Of a stretch of 64,000 nt of DNA, positions 12,051 to 23,890 are shown one piece after another. The notes beneath the pieces were generated by a model that had not been told where the DNA came from, ran no database searches, and saw only the letters and a program-made list of their open reading frames with translations. Each line of letters starts with the position of its first letter. Position 1 is the stretch's first letter. The translations under genes and the position numbers were made by a program. This stretch comes from Eledone cirrhosa. Taxonomy: Eukaryota. The stretch covers positions 218,612,001 to 218,676,000 of the forward strand of contig OZ024742.1 of the NCBI GenBank assembly GCA_964016885.1, given 5' to 3'.

Positions 12051-13200
12051 TTTCAGTCACATTGTACAACATGCTGGCCTATGCTGAACCTATTCTAAAC
12101 TGAATACACACAACAATCATCTTTTACAGAGTATATTTACAATCTATACTAAGCATTTTATTTCTGGATATCTAAACAGTCTCACACTGGATTTTAGCTA
12201 GTCTTATCTGGAGTATATTTTAAATATAGTACACTACATTTTGGTTTCTTTTATCTCTGATAGTCATCAAGTTTCTTATTCTTAGATTCCTACACGGGCC
12301 CCAGGAAAGATTTGAACTAGGAGAACTACCCTATATATTCTTTATTTTAAACATTAAATTGAATATAGACTAAGTTAAATCTCTGATTAATTCATTTTTT
12401 CAAATATATTAAGAACTCTGTCTTCTATCATATATTTCCAAATGTTTCTCTGTGTGTGCCTTCTTCTTTTCTATAATTGTTTAAGCATCTCTTTATATTC
12501 CTCATTACACTTTCTTTTATATGTAGCCATCACCCACTTTCTTTTGTATGTAACTATCACCTGCTTCTCCACTACCACCACGATACTGAATAAAAGTTCT
12601 AATCTATCCCTTATTGCATCTCTCTCTTTTTCTCTCTCTCTCTTTCTCATTCATATTATTACCATTTCTTTCTTCTATATATCACTATTTGTCTTTTTTT
12701 TTGTTTTCTATTTATACCATTATATCTCTTATTCTTTCAGTTTCTCCATAAAATTACATTAGTGTTATTTTTTTTACATAGGCATAATGCCATAAATATT
12801 AATAGGAAGAAACAGTCAATTATATCAACCAATACTTAACTGTTGACTTATTTGCTTTGCTTATATATTGATATGTATCTTGAATCACACCCTCAGTGCT
12901 CAGATTTGGGGCTTTCTCTTATCTTGTAATTGCATTTCTATTCAAAGTTACATTTCATCAATTTCTCTGTAACTTAAAATCACTTCTTATAAATAACTAG
13001 TGAACCAGTGCTGTCAATAATGATGGCAATAGCAAAGTGATGGAAGGCAGGAGGCTAAATTAAGTGTAAGAATTGCAGGTGCTGGTGTAGTAACTTGCCA
13101 GCTCAGCATTCGGTCATCAGAAGAAGGGAGGTAGGTATAAATGCCAAACTCGCTATCTTCAATATAGTATCTGTGCCAACCCTTACCTAGGTCATGAATC

Positions 13201-13745
13201 TGTAGTGACCTACATTCCGCAGGCTCACATACATTCTCTGTGCGTGATTTGGCTCAGTTCAGCCAATCAGCGCCAGTAGAAGAGGATGTATCCCTACGCG
13301 CCCTGAGGAAGAAATTCACCGCAAAGATTTGAAGAATCTCGCTCTTGTACCAGAAACTTCGAGCCAGCAACACGCATAATGTAACAGTGAGATATTGCAC
13401 CACTAGCCTCGCCGGCTTAACGGCGCATTCCATTTTGTAACCTCTTTGTATCTGTAACTTCAACCATATAAATAAACAAACATTTCATCTCTAATTACTG
13501 CGGTTGAAGTCGTTGTTATGTTACTCGTGTCTCAATAACATCTTTAATCCATGCTGCTGGAATTGGCGACCTGACGAAAGGAATATTGTGAATAGATGGT
13601 AAATAGATCGAGGGACCTTCCCTCACGTCTATGTCAACAAGATAATCCAACGAGGATACTATCACTTACCACACTGGCAACTAACGACCACTGATTCTAC
13701 CACCCTGCTAAAGTGGCGATAACATCTACAACTAATACTGCTAAA
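13201..13745 (+). repeat. 5' LTR
   Basis: TGTAGTGACC...CTGCTAAA, contains TATAAATAAA; 3 differences from the 3' LTR spotted by eye. Confidence 0.92.
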
Positions 13746-13746
13746 G

Positions 13747-13759
13747 TGGTGACCGACGT
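13747..13759 (+). promoter_or_regulatory. Primer-binding site resembling the tRNA-Trp 3' end complement
   Basis: TGGTGACC--GACGT versus canonical Trp PBS TGGTGACCCCGACGT. Confidence 0.6.
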
Positions 13760-15323
13760 AAGAATATCACGCAGCCCTTCTTATTCATTCAGTTTAACTT
13801 TTATTGCCACGTCGCAACTTGCGAAAATCCAGAATATTCCTTTTAAGATTTTTGAAAAATTAGCAGTATATCAAAAACTGTTTCGCCACGAAAAAATTTC
13901 AAGATGGCTACCGACATGTCATGGCTACGCTTGACAACAACAATGACAGCAGCATCGACAGCGTTGTTTAACCACTGACCAATACAGGGAACAGTGAGTG
14001 GCAGCTTCATAACCTTACCAACGCCAACCACCACACATCGGAAATTTCAAAACGGCTTGTAACTTTACCGACGCAACCACCATACCTTCTGTCTCGTTAC
14101 CACAGGGACGCTAGAAATTGAGACAGTAGTTTTCTCACCATTATGGCGTCAGACGTGACTGCCATATTTGGTGACTCCTACTCTACAGAAGATTCTTTGA
14201 CTTTGCTTTAACAAGAAGCAACACAACCGTGTGGCGGGACGGGAAAATGGCCACGAAATCTCACAAAAACACCATACATCTAACCCTTAACGGCATTAAC
14301 AAACTTCTTTTTCAGTTTTCAGATAGAACTAGTGTCTGTACACTGGTGATGTGTGAACTATTTGACTTTGAAAAACTTTGAACTTATTGAGCAATTTCTC
14401 TGCTCCCCTAGATTGACTTTGAATTATCAGTTTGTTACATTCACATATTTCTTTGTAGAATGCATTTACTTGTTTTGTGCTCTTTTGCTATTTGCTTGCT
14501 CATGGTTTTTGTTTATTCACATTCTTTGCTGTTTTACATGCCTGCATATGCACACATTTTTTTTATCACACACCAACATGTTGTTCTTGGTATATGTTCT
14601 TCAAACGTAATATTCCGCGAGTCCCTTTTCACCTGGTTGAGATGCTGGCAGCTCACAGAGCTTAATCCACTGGATTCAAACAGTCACCGCAACACGAGAA
14701 TACTAATTGCAGCTAAACTCAAACAGCTTCGCATCTCGTTGCACACTGATCGTCCATGACGGCCATCCATATTGTTGTTTTTGCCCGACTCGCTGGGAAA
14801 GCAACAAATTGAACTGGACTTGTTAGCATTTCGGCCACTTCTGTGGATTCGCCCGAATTATGGAATTTATACTGCAACCCACCTACAGATTAAACTTGCC
14901 TTTTGTTCTTTACAAAGCAACCAGCCATTTTTTCCTGGCTCCACAGCACATTCGACAATACATCTGGGGCCATCATTTTCTCGCCAGCACTGGTAAACTA
15001 CCATAATAGCTTCGTTCACAGCTACTGGTACAACGCTTACCATTAACATTTAATGCAAGAACAGCAACTTCGCCCATGTCAGACTTTATCCGTTTTTTGT
15101 TAGACCTTTGGCGGTCACGTATAAACAACAAAACAACTGGTCATTTGACACAGCGGCTCAACACGGCCCGTAGCGCCTCATTTTTTGTTCTTGCATGCAA
15201 CCTTCTGCTCAATTATTTTTTCGCTGGTGTGCTCTTTCAGCATTTGTTCTTGCTGATTCAATAATATGTGGGTCCTTGGTTTCTTCGTTATCGATTTTCG
15301 GCTGAAAATCTGGTTGGAGGTGA

Positions 15324-15868
15324 TGTAGTGACCTACATTCCGCAGGCTCACATACATTCTCTGTGCGTGATTTGGCTCAGTTCAGCCAATCAGCGCCAGT
15401 AGAAGAGGATGTATCCCTACGCGCCCTGAGGAAGAAATTCACCGCAAAGATTTGAAGAATCTCGCTCTTGTACCAGAAACTTCGAGCCAGCAACACGCAT
15501 AATGTAACAGTGAGATATTGCACCACTAGCCTCGCCGGCTTAACGGCGCATTCCATTTTGTAACCTCTTTGTATCTGTAACTTCAACCATATAAATAAAC
15601 AAACATTTCATCTCTAATTACTGCGGTTGAAGTCGTTGTTATGTTACTCGTGTCTCCATGACATCTTTAATCCATGCTGCTGGAATTGGCGACCTGACGA
15701 AAGGAATATTGTGAATAGATGGTAAATAGATCGAGGGACCTTCCCTCACGTCTATGTCAACAAGATAATCCAACGAGGATACTATCACTTACCACACTGG
15801 CAACTAACGACCACTGATTCTACCACGCTGCTAAAGTGGCGATAACATCTACAACTAATACTGCTAAA
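15324..15868 (+). repeat. 3' LTR
   Basis: Direct repeat of 13201-13745 at offset 2123; identical 69-aa minus ORF in both. Confidence 0.92.
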
Positions 15869-17255
15869 AATCTTTGGTAATGACTGAAAGAATATGATAA
15901 CAAATACAACTGACCAAAATGGGGCTCCTCTAAAGAGTCTTTGGAGTAAGATTACTCAATAATGCCAAGCTCAGAGATTGAAGAGTCATTCCATGTAGAG
16001 TCGCTAGTTCTCTGAATTGAAAGATCACAGCTCCGATACTACAGATGTGGTTACAATGTCTCAGGAAAGAATCGCTAGACAGATTTTATGGGCAAAACTA
16101 ACTAGCAGAAGACACCGAACAAGATGATTAGATAACATCCATGAGCTTGACTGCTCTCACTTGGGGATTCAGCCAGATCAATTGGGGCGAGTTGCTTCTG
16201 ATATGACCTGTTGGAAGGCATATTTAAGGACTCTGCCACCATGACCCTCCAAGGAATAAGTGGGTAAAGAAGAAGTCCAGTATTAGTATGCCATATGTAC
16301 CAGGTTTATGGGATATATGAATAATCATACAAACTGGAAATTTGCATTTTCATAAATTTATGGTTTTCATAAGAGAAGCCCTATAGTTTATGTTGACTTC
16401 TGGGAGTTGAAAGTGATTAAAGATAAAAATTATATTTCAGTTTATTTCTAAGGTATAATTACATGAATGTATGTGTAAATGAGCTATAAGATTAAATGTA
16501 TGAGTAACTTTGGAGATTAACTTTTTACAGGGACAGATGTAGTAGTAGAACCTAGGACCTTGTGGCTGGAAAGTGAGATAGGAAATGCTGTGTGAAAATT
16601 TCAAAGATTTACTGATAGAGATATATATAAATATATAAATGCAAGTGGTCCATTATTATGGTTGATGTTTCCATGGAAAAGTTATCCTCCATATATAATG
16701 ACCTCTGCTGCCAAATCCAAGAGAGTTCTGAGTGCAGCAAAAACAAATGAGCAGGAATATTGCTCTGTTCATGGCCCCTTTTATGTATGAGGCTCAAAAC
16801 ATGAAAATCTCCACTCATTGCACCCACCCACCACCACCACCACCACCAAAAGAAACATTTCTATTTATGCTTTTACTACTAAAATACAAAACAACTAAGG
16901 GTGGGTTTAAATAGTGGGCTGAGTAGCATGTGTAGTGGAAGTGGTGGTAGAAACCTTGTGGAATGAGGTGGTAACAGAGGCAGTAGCTTAGAAATGTGAT
17001 GTGACTGAAGTAGCAGGTTTTTTGAAGAGGGGGCTGGAGAGGTGTAAGGAGGATTGAATGTAAATGGACAGAAATGGCTGGAGGAAGTGTTTGAGAGTGG
17101 AATGGAGATTACAGATTCAAGATTGGGCATGATGAAAGATCCAGAGATCTGAAGGATGTATATATATATATATAGAGAGAGAGAGGGAGAGAGAGAGCGA
17201 TATTTATGGATATCTTTGTGGTGGAAGAAGGTGTTCATAATTGATAGGTAGGAAG

Positions 17256-17925
17256 GAATGAAAATCAGTGCTACAAAGACTGAGATATTTCTCCTTTGAA
17301 GGAAACCCACGCAGTGCATTCTGCATGTGAGTGGAGTTAGTTTGAAGCAGGTTGAGATGTTCAAGTGTCTTGTAATGGAAGGCAGGAAGCTGAATTAAAT
17401 GCAAAAATTGTTGAAGTTGATGCACCAGCTTCAGCATTTGCTCATCAGAAGAAGGGGGATAGATGTAAAAACTAAACTTGTTATCTTCAATTCAGTATTC
17501 GTGCCAACCCTTACATATGGTCATGAGTCTTGGGTAATGACCAAAAGAATATGATAGCAAATATGAATGGCTGAAATGGTGTTCTTCCAAAGGATCTTTG
17601 GAGTAACATTACTCAATAGAGTGCATAGCTTGAAGATCAGAGAATCACCCAAAGTAAAGCTGCTACTTCTCTGAATCAAGAGATCACAGCTCTGATACTA
17701 CAGACATGTGGTTAGAATCTCTCAGAAAAGAATTGCTGGACAGTTTTTATGTGCAAAGCCAACTGACAGGAGACCCAGAGGTAGACCACAAGCAAGATGG
17801 CTGGATAACATCCATGAGCTCAGTTGGTCTTGTTTGGGGATCTTGCCAAACCAATTGGAGACGATTGCTTCTGACAGAACCTTCTGAGGACTCTATCCCC
17901 TCCCAGGAATAAGAAGGAGAAGATA
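17256..17925 (+). mobile_element. Decayed RTE LINE 3' fragment
   Basis: GMKISATKTE..LKQVEMFKCL..FVPTLTYGHESWVM; paralogous to 13100-16275. Confidence 0.75.
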
Positions 17926-17949
17926 TATATAAATATATATATTAGATGC

Positions 17950-19990
17950 ACACTGAAACCTAAGCATGATATGGAAGTTTAAAAAACCTTCAAACAGCCA
18001 GAGGTTTAGAGATACACTAGAGGAATCCTTAAATAAAGAAGAGGATACAGAAACATAACATAGATGACAACTGGGAACTCCTACAATACAGCATACTGAG
18101 GCCCACAGATAAGATCTGTGGATTGGGAAAGATACCAGTCAGATGGAAGGAGATGTAGTGGTGGAACAGTACTGTAGACAGTCAGAAAAGTTAAGACAGG
18201 CTTGGAAAATACCATGTAGCCAGAAGAGAGACTAAACATCAGATATATTTAACAAGAGGCGAGACAGAAAGTAAGAGGTTTGCCAATATTCTGTGCCATG
18301 AGGATCAGAGGTGCAAAGTGTTCCAGATTGCAAGACAGTATAGAAGAGAGAACCAGGACAACATGAGAAAGACATGTGTAAAACAAGAGGATCACCCACC
18401 CTTATTGACACTGGACAGAAGGATGTATGGAAGTGTTATTATGAGAGGCTTCTGAATGAGGAGAATGCCCAGATGAATGAGAGACTACCTCAAGTAGACC
18501 CAATTGAGGGACCAGACATCAGAGTCGACAATATTATGGGAGATAAGGTAATTAAGGAAGTGGAGGTAGGGAAGGCAGCTGGCCTGCTGGAGACTGTTGC
18601 TGAGATTGTTAAACTATCTGGTGGAGCTGGGCATAGATTAATCAATCATATAGAAAACCATGTAGGACAGGAGGGTGTCAAACCCATTGACTTGCATAGT
18701 AGCATCATTGCCAACTGCTACAAAGGTAAAAGAGATGCACTAGAGATAAGCAACTACAGAAGCATAACATTATTAGATCAGTTTAGGAACATTACAAAAA
18801 GTTGGTTATGGCTAGAATTAATCTTGATGAGATACAGTTAGCTTTATGCCATTTTCCTAGTGAGACAACTGCAGAAGAAGTACTTAACTAAGAATAAACC
18901 CCTATACTAAGCATTTGTTTACCTGGAAAAGTGTTTTGACAGATCCCTCACTCTGTGATCTGGTGGACACTTCAGAAGCAAGGGATAGGCTAGTGGTAGA
19001 TGAATGGCTTGTGAGAATTGTACATGTCATGTACAGGAGTGCAGTCATTAATGTGAGGGTTACAGCGATGAATTTAGTGCGTGGATGTGAGGAGTCCACT
19101 AAGGCTCTGTTCTCAGCTCCCTCCTGTTTATTATAGTCCCCCAGGCCATAACAGAGGAATGTCCATAGGAATTCCTGTATGCTATTGATTTAACACTCAT
19201 AACATAAACAGTACAACAAGAGAAGTTCCAGATATGGAAATCAAAGGGCCTTAGAATAAACCTAGCAAAAACCAAAATTTGAGTAAGTAAGAAAGAGGAT
19301 AAGATTATGGTGCCATCAGGTAAATGGCCATGCTCAGCTGAAAAAGAGTAGATAGAAACTCCATGCAGTTTTCCAATATGTACAGTGGACACACAAGAAA
19401 TGTAGCAGCATTACACATAATCTGACAGAAAGTAGACTTCTAGAATCCACAAATGTAGTTAACTGAAAATGTACTGCAGGTAATAAATAGATTTTACTAT
19501 CTAGGAGATCTCATCAGCAATGAAAGTGGGTGTACTGAAAGTATTGTAGCCAGAATTCAAGGAGCAACTACCTCTTCTGGCAACAAAAGGCTCCTCTCTC
19601 AGAGTCAAAGGCAGATTATATGATGCTTATATTTGAACTGGTGGCTAAAAAGAAATAAATCATGCATATTTTGCTGGATGTGTTATGTTACTGTACATGA
19701 ATGACAGAGCACAAGCAAACTAAGAAAAAAGATGGGCATAAGAGAAATTGAATGTAGTGTGCAAGAGAGATAACTGTGCTAGTAGGATCATGCAAAGGGT
19801 AAGGAGAGTGAGAGTTGTAAAAAAAAAAAAAAGGGCCAAGTACTTAAAGTGGATGGAACCTGTGGAAGAGGGAGACCAAGGAAGACATGGGACGAAGTTG
19901 TGAAAAATGACTTTTAAAAAACTGAACCCCATGAAAATGACACAAGACTGAGTTGACCGGTGATATACCATAATACAAAAGATAAGTCCA
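17950..19990 (+). mobile_element. Decayed RTE LINE (linker, RT, 3' region), same family as 3669-5480
   Basis: WKCYYERLLNEEN..GKAAG..CYKGKRDALEISNYRSITLLDQ, SVLSSLLFIIV, PSGKWPC; many frameshifts and stops. Confidence 0.85.
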
Positions 19991-20129
19991 CTAGTACAAG
20001 CACTGTGACACTATAAGTAAACATAGGAAGAAACCTAAGGCTACAGTGTTGGCAATTGAAGAGATAATATGGGGTAAGAGAGAACTCTTCAGTTTGGACA
20101 AACATGTAACATTGTCTCTAGTGTTGGTG

Positions 20130-20350
20130 TCACAATAGTAAAGTGATAGTGCTAGTGGTGCCATAAAAAATGCACTCAGTACAACCTTTAAGGTAGATGG
20201 CATTAGAAAGGGCACCCAGCCCAAGAAATCATACTAAATATGGAACATAAGCAAGATGAGGTTGCTCTAACCCATCTAGTGTCAGATGTGACAATCCATC
20301 CAACCCATAGAAGTATGGAAAGTGGATGTAAAATGATGATGATGATGATG
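20130..20350 (+). mobile_element. 3' part of a SINE with RTE-type (GAT)n tail
   Basis: ggcattagaaagggcacccagc...ccaacccat...gtggatgtaaaatgatgatgat; resembles the reverse complement of 60828-60980. Confidence 0.6.
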
Positions 20351-20379
20351 AAAATTATTATATATATATATATATAAAT

Positions 20380-20460
20380 ATATGAAGGAGCTTCAAAAAG
20401 TTTGTGGAAAAATACATAGCTAAAAATCATATGTTGGGATTTTGATCTCAATGCACTTGT
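20380..20460. mobile_element. Possible Tc1/mariner terminal fragment
   Basis: TATGAAGGAGCTTCAAAAAGTTTGTGG resembles mariner TIRs TACGAGGG..TCAAAAAGTT; no partner end found. Confidence 0.3.
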
Positions 20461-20993
20461 ACGTTCTCATACTAGCATGTCATAACATGTTCTACTAAAT
20501 TTATGCAAAGTGCACCAGTATCATTTGTAACACACTTTTTCCCGACAGCATCCTAATTCATATTGACACACTGCATTGTAATGTGGAACACTTCACATCT
20601 CTGATACTCACATCGCAACATATTGGTAAATTAATAATAATGTAAACATCTGGCTGGCTTAAAAACCATTTGAAATTTGAAAATGTTGTGATCCCAATGC
20701 AGATAACTATAATGATAATTGATCACTGTAAATGATAGTTTAAAATATTAGGTAAGATACTCTTCGGGATGGAAAAAAGGGTGAACTGAGATGCCTGAAG
20801 AGAATTGAACCATGCATCTCTTGGGTGAAGAGACAAGTACATTTATCATTATGCTAAGGACTCCTGGCCACTGATTCTGTCTATTTTAGAAGATTTAAAC
20901 CTGTGGTTAGACTATAAACATCTGGTTGGATTGTGAGAAATTTGAAATTTCAAAATACATTACGACCACTACATATGCAATTTTCAAATTTAC

Positions 20994-21185
20994 CAAATGC
21001 TTCATTTTCAAACACTTCTTTTTTAAGGACTTTCATTTTTGTTCCCACAAAATAGCCATAGGACTTTTCTAATGAAAAAGTGAATGGTTTTAATCTCAGC
21101 ATGAGCCTGTAAGCTGGTGAGGGAAAATTAGAAAAGGGCAACTTGCCCATGATGATCAGGGTGACCGTGAATTTGTGGGGTTCTC
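20994..21185 (-). CDS. Candidate symmetric phase-1 exon, unknown gene
   Basis: Minus acceptor ttttttttgtgcag|GA, donor TTG|gtaaat; 192 nt open (EPHKFTVTLIIMGKLPFSNFPSPAYRL...ENEAF). Confidence 0.3.
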
Positions 21186-21342
21186 CTGCACAAAAAAAAC
21201 TGTTTATCCTCATGTACACTATTATAGCTTTTTTCTCTCATCTGATTTTTATGTAAAACCCCGCAGTTATGTAACCAGTTTTTGTAATGTTCCCTTCATT
21301 CAGCATCCTTATGGCAAATAAATCCTCATCATAATCATCATC

Positions 21343-22045
21343 ATTATTATTATTATTATTTTTTTGTAATGCTTTTGTTCTGGCAGATGTTATACTGATA
21401 CTATACCAAAAGAGTGAGCCATAGCCAATGTCCAAAGGTCCTTTGGGTTATTCCTTCTCCTTCAACTTTCCAACACCCTTCTTAGAATTCTTGCTGCTCC
21501 CAGCAAGGCTGTTTTCTGCAACAATCCTGTCCTGATGGTAATTCCTAGCTTCTCACGCCATGTATCCAACCTTCTACTAACTGCTCCTAGTGCGCCAACC
21601 ACAATCGGTACCACTTCTACATGTCTGATTCTCTAGTTTCCTGATTTCCCTCTTCAGCTCCTGGTATTTCTTAACTTTCTCACTTTCCTTCTCATTGACC
21701 CTGGGGTCCCTTGGTGAAGCAACATCCACAATACATGCCTTGATATTCTTTTCTACAATAACAATATCAGGCTTTCTAGCTATGATAAAATGGTTGCACA
21801 GGATGGTCATGTCCCACAAGATATTATACTGTTCATTTTCAGGCATCTTTTCCAGTTAGTTTTCATACCATTTCTCACTTCTGCTCATGTCATTCTTATG
21901 ACAGAGTTTCCAATGAACCAATCTGGCAATGTTGTCATGTCTTCTCTTCTACTCTTTCTAAGCAAGCATCTTACAGACACTAATAATGTGGTTTATTGTC
22001 TCACCTTTCTACCACACAGCCTACAAAGTGGGGAATTCGCTGACA
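21343..22045 (-). mobile_element. R4/Dong-clade non-LTR 3' fragment (zinc knuckle + RLE endonuclease), (AAT)n tail
   Basis: CRLCGRKGETINHIISVC..RRHDNIARLVHWKLC, ILWD..ARKPDIVIV..IVDVASP..EKVKKYQEL, LQKTALLG; tail at 21343-21361. Confidence 0.85.
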
Positions 22046-22047
22046 TT

Positions 22048-22275
22048 AGGGCAGTGGATTGGCAGTATCGGTAGAGCATTGAACACTCTGCTCAGTGACA
22101 TAGAGTTACGGCCCTTTGCGTTCTGTGTTCAAATCCTGCCATGGTTAACTTTGCCTTTCATCCTTATGGTGTTGATAAAATAAAGTACCAGTCATGCACT
22201 GAGATCAATTTATTCGACTTTCCCCTGGCCCAAAATTGCTGCCGTTGGGCCTAAATGAAGAAACATTATTATTAT
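22048..22275 (+). mobile_element. tRNA-derived SINE (longer variant)
   Basis: A-box TGGCAGTATCGG, B-box GTTCAAATCC, family core, (ATT)n tail. Confidence 0.85.
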
Positions 22276-22530
22276 TGTTGTTGTTGTGAGGGAGGTGCTG
22301 CTTTCTAGTGTGCTTTATGAAAGATGGATGTGAGTGATGTGGTCAAATGGGTCTACTCTGGCTATGCTTTTCTAAGCAGGGGGAAAGAAACCAGGAGAGG
22401 GCACTTTCAATGCCCATGAAATATCAAAGTAATCCACTGTTTTGTATGGGGTTATTTCTGGAATTACCCTAAAGTGCAGTCTCTTCCCTATTGGAGAACT
22501 GTTCTTAGTTGACGTTCATTATTGTGTTCT

Positions 22531-22716
22531 ATGGCAGTATCGGTAGAGGGTCGGACACGCCATGCTTTGACGCATAGAGTTACGGCCCTTGCCATTCTGA
22601 GTTCAAATCCTGCCAAGGTTAACTTTGCCTTTCATCCTTATGGGGTCGATAAAATAAAGTACCAGTAATACACTGTGTAATTGCTGGCCTTGTGCCAAAA
22701 GTAGAAACAATTATTA
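22531..22716 (+). mobile_element. tRNA-derived SINE
   Basis: A/B boxes, family core, gtagaaacaatt end. Confidence 0.88.
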
Positions 22717-22760
22717 TCATGAGTATTTATAACAATTATTATTATCGTAATACCTACAGT

Positions 22761-22958
22761 AGCGCAGTGGATTGGTAGTATTGGTAAAGCATCAGGCACC
22801 ATGCTTTGCAACATAGAGTTATGGCCCTTTATATTCTGAATTCAAATCCAATCGAGGTTAACTTTGCCTTTCATCCTTACAGCGTCAATAAAATAAAGCA
22901 CCAGTAATGCACTGGGGTAATTGCTGGCCTTGAGCCAAAAGTAAAAACAAATATTATT
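22761..22958 (+). mobile_element. tRNA-derived SINE
   Basis: A/B boxes and family core, more diverged. Confidence 0.85.
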
Positions 22959-23149
22959 GTTATATCAACTGTTTTTCTGATGTCCCCAGTCCTTTACTAG
23001 ATGTAAACTCCACTGTGTTGTTTTTTGTCCTGGTATTGACCCCAATGTCTTGGACAATTATGGTCAATAAAAAAATCATCACTATTATTATTATTGTTGT
23101 TGTTGTTGTTGTTATTAATGTTGATGTGTATGAACAGTGATTATCATTT

Positions 23150-23488
23150 TGGTGGGTTGGCAGTATCGGTAGAGGGTTCGGACGCCATGCTTTGATGCAT
23201 AGAGTTACGGCCCTTGACATTCTGAGTTCAAATCCCGCCAAGGTTAATTTGTCTTTCACCCTTACGGGGTCAATAAAATAAAGTACCAGTAATACTGGCG
23301 CCAGACAGTTGAGAGGCACCTGCGAGCGACAAACAGACAATGGCGGGACGCTGTGCAACTGGCTGCTGACCGAACGTGGTGGAACACTATGATTGCCTCA
23401 TGCATCGCAAGATGCAGGAGCTTCTGAGTCTGAGTCTGAATACACTGGGTAATTGCTGGCCTTGTGCCAAAAAGTAGAAACAATTATT
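23150..23488 (+). mobile_element. tRNA-derived SINE interrupted by a LINE 3' end
   Basis: SINE body 23150-23295 resumes at 23444 (actgggtaattgctggcc). Confidence 0.85.
23296..23438 (+). mobile_element. Very short 5'-truncated RTE-type LINE 3' end with (CTGAGT)n tail
   Basis: WRQTVERHLRATNRQWRDAVQLAADRTWWNTMIASCIARCRSF*; TSD AATAC at 23291-23295 and 23439-23443. Confidence 0.75.
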
Positions 23489-23497
23489 TGCGTCTAT

Positions 23498-23730
23498 AGG
23501 GTGGTAGATTGGCAGTCTCGGTAGAGCGTCGGACAACATTCTTTGTGACATAGAGTTACATCTCTTTGCGTTCTGAGTTCAAATCCCATTGAGGTTAGCT
23601 TTGCCTTTCATCCTTACAGAGTTGATAAAATAAAGTACCACTGGGAACAATTTAATTGACTTTCCCCTTGCTCAAAATTGCTGGCCTTGTGCCTAAATCA
23701 GAAACCATGACTATTGATATTGTTATTGTT
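23498..23730 (+). mobile_element. tRNA-derived SINE (longer variant)
   Basis: A-box TGGCAGTCTCGG, B-box GAGTTCAAATCC, family core. Confidence 0.85.
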
Positions 23731-23763
23731 GTTATATGTTACGTTTGTTTTAAATTGCAACAG

Positions 23764-23890
23764 GTCTTATCCGAACAGATTCGGCTTTTGAGCTATTCTT
23801 TACGGGATCAGGAGACAATCAATTAAAGAGTGAAGAGAAAACGGATGAGAAAACACAAGATGCCGTAACAGTAGGACCTGAAGACACTAA
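23764..23890 (+). CDS. Candidate host exon (LIRTDSAFELFFTGSGDNQLKSEEKTDEKTQDAVTVGPEDT)
   Basis: Acceptor tttgttttaaattgcaacag|GT; only the phase-1 frame is open; CpGs retained; weak donor TAA|gtactt. Phase matches donor 6331. Confidence 0.45.

Larger units (their letters stand above)
13201..15868 (+). mobile_element. Non-autonomous Gypsy-type LTR retroelement, young insertion
   Basis: Two 545-bp LTRs; 4-bp TSD AATC (13197-13200, 15869-15872); PBS-like TGGTGACCGACGT after the 5' LTR; purine-rich GGTTGGAGGTGA before the 3' LTR; no intact internal ORF. Confidence 0.92.
13100..16275 (+). mobile_element. RTE LINE 3' region split by the LTR element (13100-13200 and 15873-16275)
   Basis: ggtcatgAATC | tttggtaatgac rejoins colinearly with the uninterrupted paralog ggtcatgagtcttgggtaatgac near 17519-17541. 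Confidence 0.8.

Noticed and set aside
13254-15586. Duplicated 69-aa minus-strand ORF
   Set aside because: Simply the two LTR copies; no recognisable domain.
16530-16571. Apparent 42-nt exon (ttttacag|GG...AAA|gtgaga)
   Set aside because: Sequence resembles the reverse complement of a SINE tRNA head (gaacc.aggacc.tgtgg.tgg.aag).
20788-20866. tRNA-like sequence on the minus strand
   Set aside because: Only a B-box (GGTTCAATTC) is clear; no convincing cloverleaf, likely a decayed SINE head.
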